Origin: Nemertoderma westbladi
Taxonomy: Eukaryota > Animalia > Xenacoelomorpha
DNA length: 52,179 nt
Assembly: GCA_032718475.1 (NCBI GenBank)
Contig: JAUCBJ010002212.1
Location: 1-52,179, forward strand
Direction: 5' to 3'
In this document: piece by piece, positions 1 through 11,300 of the stretch
Position numbering within the stretch: the stretch's first letter is position 1
Layout of the letters: each line of letters starts with the position of its first letter
Program-made: the position numbers and the translations under genes
The notes under the pieces: generated by a model
Databases searched by the model: none
What the model saw: only the letters and a program-made list of their open reading frames with translations
Told to the model about the DNA's origin: nothing

Positions 1-91
1 TAAAGAGCCTTGTCTATATAAATACCAGTATCTCCATGGCGCTTCAGTATGGCCCTAATGCTGTTAAGCTCATTGTATTTCATTCTGGCTC

Positions 92-243
92 TTTTTCAGC
101 TCAGTTTATTTGTAAGATCAATTTGGATGCAAATGGGCCACAGTAAAAGATGTATATTTGTGGCCCTAATGTAAATCATCTCATTCTTTATGATAGTAAA
201 GGTGGCCCTTTTCTCGTTCATTTAATTTAATAAATCAATTTTG
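92..243 (+). repeat. Dispersed degenerate repeat module A, copy 1 (copy 2 at 2131-2286)
   Basis: ATCAATTTGGAT...GGGCCA...ATGTATATTT(G/A)TGGCCCTAATGT...ATCTCATTCTTTATGAT(A/G)GTAAA(G/A)GTGGCCC...ATTTAATAAATCAATTTTG aligns by eye with 2131-2286. Internal ~110-117 bp periodicity: TGGCCCTAATG at ~50 and ~161; TCAATTT..AAATGGGCC at ~118 and ~236. Confidence 0.8.
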
Positions 244-260
244 AATCAAATGGGCCAGAC

Positions 261-970
261 AAACTTTCTCCAAAACTGACATGAATAGTAACATGATTTG
301 TAAGACTTGCAATGTAATATTTACCTCAGTTAACCTAAAACTAAAATAATGTAGATTTTAATAAACATTATTTTTGTTTGAACATATTTTATGTACTGTA
401 CGGTTAGACTTTCAAGTTCCCATGTCTTCAACGGGCAGTTATCGCCGTTGCTTAAGTAGAAATTATACACACAGACAGACTTTAAAGTTCACCTGTCTGC
501 CGCTAGGAAGACGAATTGGCAGAAACGTATAAGTAGCTGTGTAATTATAGAACCAACCATCAGATTCATCTGAAATTTGGTAGAAGTGCACAAGAAGCAA
601 TGCATAATTATAAACTTTCTCAAACTTGCTCAAAAATTGACATGAATAGTAACATGAATTGTAAGACTTGCAATGTAATTACCACAGTTAACCAAACTAA
701 AATAATAAAAGTTTTAATAAAGCATTATTTTTGTTTGAGCATATTTTATGTATGGTTGATATATCTTCTTGAAATTTGGTAAGAGTGACCTACACCAACA
801 AGCATTGCTTATTTAGAAATTCTAAATTCAGACAGACTTTAAAGTTCCCCTGTCTGCCGCTAGGGGGGCGAATTGACAGAATCGTAGAACTACTGTAGCT
901 GTGTAATTGTGGACCATCAGATTCCATCTGAAATTTGGCAGGAGTGACCTAGGATCATTGCATAATTAGA
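261..970 (+). repeat. Diverged tandem duplication with ~350-bp unit (261-611 and 612-~970), probably a non-autonomous transposon relic
   Basis: Shared blocks: TGACATGAATAGTAACATGA.TTGTAAGACTTGCAATGTAAT; CATTATTTTTGTTTGA.CATATTTTATGTA; CAGACAGACTTTAAAGTTC.CCTGTCTGCCGCTAGG; CCATCAGATTC..ATCTGAAATTTGG. A third partial copy lies at ~1995-2045. Confidence 0.8.
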
Positions 971-1118
971 AATTATTGGTGAGTTTGTCGCCGAGGCTAC
1001 TCTACGGGGTCGAAAGAAGTCAACAAAGCGGGCCATCACAGCTCAGATCCGCGAACGCGAAATAACTACTCTCGATCCCGACACAGGGGATGTGAATTGG
1101 TGCTACAAAATAATTATT

Positions 1119-1253
1119 TATTACATGGGAAAAAAAGTAGAACTTTTTTTGATTATTCTCAAGGCATTTTATTTACCGAGCGCCAGCGAGGTTAATAAAG
1201 GGTCGAGAGAATATTGAAAAAAAATTGTTCTACGTTTTTTTCCCCATGTAATA
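1119..1253. mobile_element. Imperfect ~135-bp palindrome (foldback/MITE-like, possibly non-autonomous Crypton-type terminus)
   Basis: TATTACATGGG-A7-GTAGAAC...TATTCTC pairs with GAGAATA...GTTCTAC-G-T7-CCCCATGTAATA. Inner arms TTTATT.ACC / GGT.AATAAA enclose GAGCGCCAGCGA. The family assignment is from my recollection of similar invertebrate elements and is unverified. Confidence 0.55.
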
Positions 1254-1698
1254 CGTAATTGTATTCTTAAATTAATACTTTTTTGTTGCTAAATTCGTTA
1301 ATAAATATAGAGCGATATAGTGTAACAAAATAAATTAAACTGCAGTATTTTACTATATTGCTTCCATAGTTACTGCGATTCAAATTATTGTACTCTTCAA
1401 CTCCTGATGCTGCCTTATTCAATGTTAAAATGATTTTGTGTTCTCGAATATTTTGTGGAAATATTTCACTGTTAGGTAGCTATTTGTATATTAGTACTGC
1501 GTAAAAAACTTTTAAAATACGACGTATTTTGCCTTGCTTTCACAGTTTGTTGGTGAGTCACTGATTGCAACTACTTTGAGTGTATGACAGTATGACTTAA
1601 TTGCATTAGATCATTTTAAGTAGTTTTATATGCTTAATGAAACACAGTACAATATACACTATAATATCGATAGAACGCGGCCAACGCACAGTACACGT

Positions 1699-1824
1699 GG
1701 GATCTAAGTTCGCTAAGGAAACTGTATAAATTGGGATCTAAGTCTATCTAAGATCTAAGTACGCTTTGCTTACAACGCGGGATCTAAGTACGCTTTGCTT
1801 ACAACGCGGGATCTAAGTTCGCTT
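1699..1824 (+). repeat. Short tandem repeat: 29-bp unit GATCTAAGTACGCTTTGCTTACAACGCGG x2.5 (1752-1824) plus upstream GGGATCTAAGT copies
   Basis: Exact copies at 1752-1780 and 1781-1809, a partial copy at 1810-1824, and GGGATCTAAGT also at ~1699 and ~1733. Confidence 0.85.
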
Positions 1825-1994
1825 AAGTTACAAATTAAGTCACAAATTTGTATGTAGACCCTTTTCCTCATTAACCGTGATGACATTTATAAATCTATAA
1901 ATATTTATAAATATCTTGCCATCGTAAATTGGTGGCCTATTTAGTTCTATAGTATTGTCCACATGACACCACCACCACCCCACACACACACAGT

Positions 1995-2045
1995 TGTAAT
2001 AATTAGAACCAGCCATTAGATTCATCTGATATTTGGTAGGAGTGG
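1995..2045 (+). repeat. Partial third copy of the 261-970 repeat unit
   Basis: TAGAACCAGCCATTAGATTCATCTGATATTTGGTAGGAGTG resembles 548-588 (TAGAACCAACCATCAGATTCATCTGAAATTTGGTAGAAGTG). Confidence 0.8.
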
Positions 2046-2130
2046 TAAGTCTCGTGCTGCGCGAATGCTCCAGCCCGTATGTGCAAGATAAGGTTGATAT
2101 CGACTTCGACTAATACCGCTAATTAATAAT

Positions 2131-2286
2131 TTTTTCAGTTAATTTGAATAGGTACTAATCAATTTGGATTGAAATCGGGCCATTTTAATCAATGTATATT
2201 TATGGCCCTAATGTTGTTAATCTCATTCTTTATGATGGTAAAAGTGGCCCCTTCCTCGGGTCATATTATTTAATAAATCAATTTTG
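2131..2286 (+). repeat. Dispersed degenerate repeat module A, copy 2
   Basis: Colinear similarity to 92-243. Confidence 0.8.
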
Positions 2287-2890
2287 TAACGAGAGAAAGC
2301 CGCCCCAATATTAGATTATTACAACAACATATCCATTGGGTAAGAAAGTGGAGGAGAGCCAGCCCGTCTCTTAATTTTTTACTTTATATTACGCGATCAA
2401 TTTTCACTCATCTCGTCATGAACCCAACATGTATGTAACCTTTTGTTAAATTTGTTGGCTATGCGTTTGCGGTTGTTTGGGCGGAGTGTGGTAGGCCTAC
2501 ACTTTTCACACTTAAATATTTTGGTTGTGAAATGTTACAGGGCATAGCGATCTGAGATATTTCATTTATATTTTATTATGAGAGGAAGAAGAACATACAA
2601 CGTTATTTACTATATATGTAACAAAATAATTGTTTTCGGGTTTAACTTGAAAGCCTCCCCAAATAGTTGATATACGATTATATTTATAATTATTTCCATG
2701 GTCATGGTCATTCACCCGTCTTTAGTTAGAAATTTGTTTGCATGAAAGACAGTTTAGTTTAGTTTTTACTGATTTATTATCTCTTATCTGACTGGGGTAA
2801 TAATAAAGGATAGGATAAATGGAAGCAAAGTGTGACAGTAACAAATATTTCCCCGTCACCCTAGCATGTCTTAAGTATATGATATATCAA

Positions 2891-2940
2891 AGGGGAAAGT
2901 TTGGATTCACTGCATAAATGCAGTTCTCCAAACTTCCCCT
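2891..2940. other. 50-bp inverted repeat / hairpin
   Basis: AGGGGAAAGTTTGGA pairs with TCCAAACTTCCCCT (one bulge); inner arms ACTGCAT-AA-ATGCAGT. Confidence 0.75.
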
Positions 2941-3131
2941 GAATGCACACTGTAACTTCCCCCTTCCCCCAAATATCCACTGTTGAATTAATTTGAAGCG
3001 ATATAATAAGTACAAAATTGTGCGAGTTTTTAATTGTGTAGTCCATTTGTTATTTGATCTCTATTTATTGTTTAAATTGCATTTAATATCACACTGGTTT
3101 TTTAGAATATTACAACCTTATGTTTTATTTA

Positions 3132-5015
3132 TTAACCCAATCGAAGCCTCATAAGGGCCGGTTATTTGTACGCATATCCCCTAATGCGCTCAGTATGAGC
3201 CAAACAACATATTAATATTAAAATAAAGTATCTGCAAAGAAAAGAACCCAATGCTATATAATTTGACCTTATTAAAAAATTTGCACTTTTGCACACTTAT
3301 TTGTACAAGTGCACTTCAGCAGATCGTAATGGTGGTTCTTATTTAACAAACTTATGTTTATCCTCTACCGATCTACGATGGTGTATGATCAAGTGTCAGT
3401 CACTAAAAGTGTAAAAAATCTAATTTAATAAATTGCGACATTTGCGATTTTGGACCATATTCATGGGCATTTTAAGTTACTTTATATACATAAAAAGTTA
3501 AACAAATGTTACGATTATAGTTAGAAATCACTCCAAACTACATTGTAATCCAAAAAATAACATTCTACAATGAATGGAACTGGAAATAATAGTGTTTGAA
3601 ATATCGAAAAAATGTGTACTTTTTAAGTGCATTATGCACTAAGTGCACATGCGTCTTTTCCCAAGTTGTATCCTATTTCACACACTACAATCTATCCTCT
3701 ATCCAATGAAAAAAGTTTCAGATCAAACGGCCCAGTAGAACAGAAGTTATTGATGTTTAAATATAATCACTCGAAAATTTCAAATTCTCTTGGTCACGTA
3801 GTCTAGTGGTAATCAATCACGTTAACAATACTTAAGTTCGTGGGTTCGAACCCCAATATGACCATTCTTATTTTTTTGCAAAAAAAAAAATATTTTTATT
3901 TTTTCACTAAAATCGCTCTAACTTCGGTTCTAATGGTCCAAATTCAATAAAATTGGTATATTCTTTGCCGTAATTTTTTTTTCTATCTTTTGAGAGGGGA
4001 TATTTTTGGCCCCAAAAAAAATGAAAAAAAGGGCCAAAATTACGCGATATTTTTCGACCCTTAAAACTCGTTATTTTAATTATAAATGTTAAGAAAAAAG
4101 ATAGTAGAGTTAATTTGCTACATTTTACAGGAACTTTTGGCGCAAAAAGTTAAATTATAATGTAATGGCGATTTATAAAAAAAAAAATTTTTCGTCCCTT
4201 TTTTATAAGTAGTATATTTCACACGATCGTCTGCCGCTTCAGTTATATAATAGCTATGGCGCTGTAACTACCGTTGAAAGATAGATAATTTGACGCTCTA
4301 TAAGACTGTTTAAATAAGTCTCCCAGACCTTATGTATTTTTCGAGCTAGACGAGTTCCCGCGAAGCGAGTTTGAAGCGTGAAATTATAATTTGGGCCCTA
4401 ATTTTTTTAATATCGTTTGCGCGGCAAAACCAATCGAATATTTGGATTCCCCGTATCGATATTAACCGTATAAAATGTACTTTAACCTTCAAGAGTCAAA
4501 AATAAAAAAGTTGTTAGTTATGTTGTAGTTAGTTATTTTTCCACCCGAAATATTAATAAATATCTTACCCCCATTCGATACGAAGGTAGTACCACTCTTC
4601 CCCTTTCCAACCGCGTTAATTTCGTCCCAGTACTATTAATATTAGCCGAGTCAGAGCGGATCCCGCAAAGCCATTTTGTCCGTTTTTTCAACTTTGACGG
4701 ACAATTTCGGGAAAAAGGCGTGGTAATCTTTTTTGAAAAAAAAAACGAATTCACTAATTAATCCCTTCTATCGTATCCCGGCGTCGGCTAAGCAATAACC
4801 TAGGGTTTTTTCGAGCCACTGTAGAGCGCCTTTCAAAAAAATTTTAAAATTGTCAAAAAAAATGACGGTTTTTTGTCCGCCGTGTCCGTCGAGGGGATAG
4901 ATTTGCTAATGTTAGAGTTGCTAATATCTTAGAATTCCGAGTCGCTCCCGTCGTGCGAAAATAAAAAAAATTGGTCTGTTCCTTCATCGAAAAGTCCCCC
5001 AGAATCCCAAGTTAA
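3132..5015. mobile_element. Putative non-autonomous DNA transposon relic (boundaries uncertain)
   Basis: No credible ORF. Starts with TTAACCC and has a TTAA near 5012. Contains many short inverted motifs (TAGAACAGAAGTTA/TAACTTCGGTTCTA; TTGTCCGT/ACGGACAA at 4676-4704; AGTGCATTATGCACT) and A/T runs typical of subterminal regions. I could not find matching TIRs. Confidence 0.3.
3792..3864 (+). pseudogene. Degenerate tRNA-like sequence (tRNA pseudogene / SINE-head-like Pol III unit)
   Basis: 73 nt. A box TAGTCTAGTGG; B box GGTTCGAACCC; acceptor stem GGTCA(CG)/(TA)TGACC plus discriminator A; T stem TGGG/CCCA; T7 run at 3871-3877. D-stem and anticodon stem do not pair, so no isotype can be called. 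Confidence 0.65.
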
Positions 5016-5352
5016 CCTATATAGTTAGCAATGGCCTGCGGCTTTAGGAGCGGCCGCGGTATTCACCTCCCTCATAGCGGCCGCGGCGGTGTTGCGTCAA
5101 ATGGAGAAATATTTATCCCACCGAGCCAATCAGTCAGTCTCCGGTCGCCATTCTCATTGTAATTATTCTGACATCATTAAGTTATTTATATACTAATCAA
5201 ACGAAAATTTGTTATTTAATTACATGTATATAAGATTTTCTTTATGTAGCTACTGTATTTATATTTAACTGTTTGAATTTCTGAGATATCTAAGAGAAAT
5301 ACTACTATATATCTATAAACATCTATAAGTATACAAATATCTATATACTACT

Positions 5353-8300
5353 TTGGAGAGGTCACCTTACCACACAACTCACCCTTATCCAACCACATTG
5401 GAGAGGTCACCTAACCACACAACTCACTCTTATCCAACCACATTGGAGAGGTCACCTAACCACACAACTCACTCTTATCCAACCACATTGAGGGAGAGGT
5501 CACCTAACCACACAACTCACTCTTATCCAACCACATTGAGGGAGAGGTCACCTAACCACACAACTCACTCTTATCCAACCAAATAATTGAGGGAGAGGTC
5601 ACCTAACCACACAACTCACTCTTATCCAACCAAATAATTGAGGGAGAGGTCACCTAACCACACAACTCACTCTTATCCAACCAAATAATTGAGGGAGAGG
5701 TCACCTAACCACACAACTCACTCTTATCCAACCACATTGAGGGAGAGGTCACCTAACCACACAACTCACTCTTATCCAACCACATTGAGGGAGAGGTCAC
5801 CTAACCACACAACTCACTCTTATCCAACCACATTGAGGGAGAGGTCACCTAACCACACAACTCACTCTTATCCAACCAAATAATTGAGGGAGAGGTCACC
5901 TAACCACACAACTCACTCTTATCCAACCAAATAATTGAGGGAGAGGTCACCTAACCACACAACTCACTCTTATCCAAATAATTGAGGGAGAGGTCACCTA
6001 ACCACACAACTCACTCTTATCCAACCAAATAATTGAGGGAGAGGTCACCTAACCACACAACTCACTCTTATCCAAATAATTGAGGGAGAGGTCACCTAAC
6101 CACACAACTCACTCTTATCCAACCAAATAATTGAGGGAGAGGTCACCTAACCACACAACTCACTCTTATCCAACCAAATAATTGAGGGAGAGGTCACCTA
6201 ACCACACAACTCACTCTTATCCAACCAAATAATTGAGGGAGAGGTCACCTAACCACACAACTCACTCTTATCCAACCAAATAATTGAGGGAGAGGTCACC
6301 TAACCACACAACTCACTCTTATCCAACCAAATAATTGAGGGAGAGGTCACCTAACCACACAACTCACTCTTATCCAACCAAATAATTGAGGGAGAGGTCA
6401 CCTAACCACACAACTCACTCTTATCCAACCAAATAATTGAGGGAGAGGTCACCTAACCACACAACTCACTCTTATCCAACCAAATAATTGAGGGAGAGGT
6501 CACCTAACCACACAACTCACTCTTATCCAACCAAATAATTGAGGGAGAGGTCACCTAACCACACAACTCACTCTTATCCAACCAAATAATTGAGGGAGAG
6601 GTCACCTAACCACACAACTCACTCTTATCCAACCAAATAATTGAGGGAGAGGTCACCTAACCACACAACTCACTCTTATCCAACCAAATAATTGAGGGAG
6701 AGGTCACCTAACCACACAACTCACTCTTATCCAACCAAATAATTGAGGGAGAGGTCACCTAACCACACAACTCACTCTTATCCAACCAAATAATTGAGGG
6801 AGAGGTCACCTAACCACACAACTCACTCTTATCCAACCAAATAATTGAGGGAGAGGTCACCTAACCACACAACTCACTCTTATCCAACCAAATAATTGAG
6901 GGAGAGGTCACCTAACCACACAACTCACTCTTATCCAACCAAATAATTGAGGGAGAGGTCACCTAACCACACAACTCACTCTTATCCAACCAAATAATTG
7001 AGGGAGAGGTCACCTAACCACACAACTCACTCTTATCCAACCAAATAATTGAGGGAGAGGTCACCTAACCACACAACTCACTCTTATCCAACCAAATAAT
7101 TGAGGGAGAGGTCACCTAACCACACAACTCACTCTTATCCAACCAAATAATTGAGGGAGAGGTCACCTAACCACACAACTCACTCTTATCCAACCAAATA
7201 ATTGAGGGAGAGGTCACCTAACCACACAACTCACTCTTATCCAACCAAATAATTGAGGGAGAGGTCACCTAACCACACAACTCACTCTTATCCAACCAAA
7301 TAATTGAGGGAGAGGTCACCTAACCACACAACTCACTCTTATCCAACCAAATAATTGAGGGAGAGGTCACCTAACCACACAACTCACTCTTATCCAACCA
7401 AATAATTGAGGGAGAGGTCACCTAACCACACAACTCACTCTTATCCAACCAAATAATTGAGGGAGAGGTCACCTAACCACACAACTCACTCTTATCCAAC
7501 CACAATTGAGGGAGAGGTCACCTAACCACACAACTCACTCTTATCCAACCAAATAATTGAGGGAGAGGTCACCTAACCACACAACTCACTCTTATCCAAC
7601 CAAATAATTGAGGGAGAGGTCACCTAACCACACAACTCACTCTTATCCAACCAAATAATTGAGGGAGAGGTCACCTAACCACACAACTCACTCTTATCCA
7701 ACCAAATAATTGAGGGAGAGGTCACCTAACCACACAACTCACTCTTATCCAACCAAATAATTGAGGGAGAGGTCACCTAACCACACAACTCACTCTTATC
7801 CAACCAAATAATTGAGGGAGAGGTCACCTAACCACACAACTCACTCTTATCCAACCAAATAATTGAGGGAGAGGTCACCTAACCACACAACTCACTCTTA
7901 TCCAACCACATTGAGGGAGAGGTCACCTAACCACACAACTCACTCTTATCCAACCACTAATTGAGGGAGAGGTCACCTAACCACACAACTCACTCTTATC
8001 CAACCACATAATTGAGGGAGAGGTCACCTAACCACACAACTCACTCTTATCCAACCAAATAATTGAGGGAGAGGTCACCTAACCACACAACTCACTCTTA
8101 TCCAACCAAATAATTGAGGGAGAGGTCACCTAACCACACAACTCACTCTTATCCAACCACATAATTGAGGGAGAGGTCACCTAACCACACAACTCACTCT
8201 TATCCAACCAATAATTGAGGGAGAGGTCACCTAACCACACAACTCACTCTTATCCAACCAAATAATTGAGGGAGAGGTCACCTAACCACACAACTCACTC

Positions 8301-11300
8301 TTATCCAACCAAATAATTGAGGGAGAGGTCACCTAACCACACAACTCACTCTTATCCAACCAAATAATTGAGGGAGAGGTCACCTAACCACACAACTCAC
8401 TCTTATCCAACCAAATAATTGAGGGAGAGGTCACCTAACCACACAACTCACTCTTATCCAACCAAATAATTGAGGGAGAGGTCACCTAACCACACAACTC
8501 ACTCTTATCCAACCAAATAATTGAGGGAGAGGTCACCTAACCACACAACTCACTCTTATCCAACCAAATAATTGAGGGAGAGGTCACCTAACCACACAAC
8601 TCACTCTTATCCAACCAAATAATTGAGGGAGAGGTCACCTAACCACACAACTCACTCTTATCCAACCAAATAATTGAGGGAGAGGTCACCTAACCACACA
8701 ACTCACTCTTATCCAACCAAATAATTGAGGGAGAGGTCACCTAACCACACAACTCACTCTTATCCAACCAAATAATTGAGGGAGAGGTCACCTAACCACA
8801 CAACTCACTCTTATCCAACCAAATAATTGAGGGAGAGGTCACCTAACCACACAACTCACTCTTATCCAACCAAATAATTGAGGGAGAGGTCACCTAACCA
8901 CACAACTCACTCTTATCCAACCAAATAATTGAGGGAGAGGTCACCTAACCACACAACTCACTCTTATCCAACCAAATAATTGAGGGAGAGGTCACCTAAC
9001 CACACAACTCACTCTTATCCAACCAAATAATTGAGGGAGAGGTCACCTAACCACACAACTCACTCTTATCCAACCAAATAATTGAGGGAGAGGTCACCTA
9101 ACCACACAACTCACTCTTATCCAACCAAATAATTGAGGGAGAGGTCACCTAACCACACAACTCACTCTTATCCAACCAAATAATTGAGGGAGAGGTCACC
9201 TAACCACACAACTCACTCTTATCCAACCAAATAATTGAGGGAGAGGTCACCTAACCACACAACTCACTCTTATCCAACCAAATAATTGAGGGAGAGGTCA
9301 CCTAACCACACAACTCACTCTTATCCAACCAAATAATTGAGGGAGAGGTCACCTAACCACACAACTCACTCTTATCCAACCAAATAATTGAGGGAGAGGT
9401 CACCTAACCACACAACTCACTCTTATCCAACCAAATAATTGAGGGAGAGGTCACCTAACCACACAACTCACTCTTATCCAACCAAATAATTGAGGGAGAG
9501 GTCACCTAACCACACAACTCACTCTTATCCAACCAAATAATTGAGGGAGAGGTCACCTAACCACACAACTCACTCTTATCCAACCAAATAATTGAGGGAG
9601 AGGTCACCTAACCACACAACTCACTCTTATCCAACCAAATAATTGAGGGAGAGGTCACCTAACCACACAACTCACTCTTATCCAACCAAATAATTGAGGG
9701 AGAGGTCACCTAACCACACAACTCACTCTTATCCAACCAAATAATTGAGGGAGAGGTCACCTAACCACACAACTCACTCTTATCCAACCAAATAATTGAG
9801 GGAGAGGTCACCTAACCACACAACTCACTCTTATCCAACCAAATAATTGAGGGAGAGGTCACCTAACCACACAACTCACTCTTATCCAACCAAATAATTG
9901 AGGGAGAGGTCACCTAACCACACAACTCACTCTTATCCAACCAAATAATTGAGGGAGAGGTCACCTAACCACACAACTCACTCTTATCCAACCAAATAAT
10001 TGAGGGAGAGGTCACCTAACCACACAACTCACTCTTATCCAACCAAATAATTGAGGGAGAGGTCACCTAACCACACAACTCACTCTTATCCAACCAAATA
10101 ATTGAGGGAGAGGTCACCTAACCACACAACTCACTCTTATCCAACCAAATAATTGAGGGAGAGGTCACCTAACCACACAACTCACTCTTATCCAACCAAA
10201 TAATTGAGGGAGAGGTCACCTAACCACACAACTCACTCTTATCCAACCAAATAATTGAGGGAGAGGTCACCTAACCACACAACTCACTCTTATCCAACCA
10301 AATAATTGAGGGAGAGGTCACCTAACCACACAACTCACTCTTATCCAACCAAATAATTGAGGGAGAGGTCACCTAACCACACAACTCACTCTTATCCAAC
10401 CAAATAATTGAGGGAGAGGTCACCTAACCACACAACTCACTCTTATCCAACCAAATAATTGAGGGAGAGGTCACCTAACCACACAACTCACTCTTATCCA
10501 ACCAAATAATTGAGGGAGAGGTCACCTAACCACACAACTCACTCTTATCCAACCAAATAATTGAGGGAGAGGTCACCTAACCACACAACTCACTCTTATC
10601 CAACCAAATAATTGAGGGAGAGGTCACCTAACCACACAACTCACTCTTATCCAACCAAATAATTGAGGGAGAGGTCACCTAACCACACAACTCACTCTTA
10701 TCCAACCAAATAATTGAGGGAGAGGTCACCTAACCACACAACTCACTCTTATCCAACCAAATAATTGAGGGAGAGGTCACCTAACCACACAACTCACTCT
10801 TATCCAACCAAATAATTGAGGGAGAGGTCACCTAACCACACAACTCACTCTTATCCAACCAAATAATTGAGGGAGAGGTCACCTAACCACACAACTCACT
10901 CTTATCCAACCAAATAATTGAGGGAGAGGTCACCTAACCACACAACTCACTCTTATCCAACCAAATAATTGAGGGAGAGGTCACCTAACCACACAACTCA
11001 CTCTTATCCAACCAAATAATTGAGGGAGAGGTCACCTAACCACACAACTCACTCTTATCCAACCAAATAATTGAGGGAGAGGTCACCTAACCACACAACT
11101 CACTCTTATCCAACCAAATAATTGAGGGAGAGGTCACCTAACCACACAACTCACTCTTATCCAACCAAATAATTGAGGGAGAGGTCACCTAACCACACAA
11201 CTCACTCTTATCCAACCAAATAATTGAGGGAGAGGTCACCTAACCACACAACTCACTCTTATCCAACCAAATAATTGAGGGAGAGGTCACCTAACCACAC

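Noticed and set aside
855-872. CTCF-like motif CCGCTAGGGGGGCG
   Set aside because: One extra G relative to the consensus spacing, and the duplicate copy (~499-512) is degenerate.
3792-3864. Functional tRNA gene
   Set aside because: D and anticodon stems cannot pair, and there are mismatches in the acceptor and T stems.
600-4754. Short ORFs 600-782, 1840-2025, 2861-3046, 4533-4754
   Set aside because: 60-73 aa, no recognisable domains, and several overlap repeats; consistent with chance.
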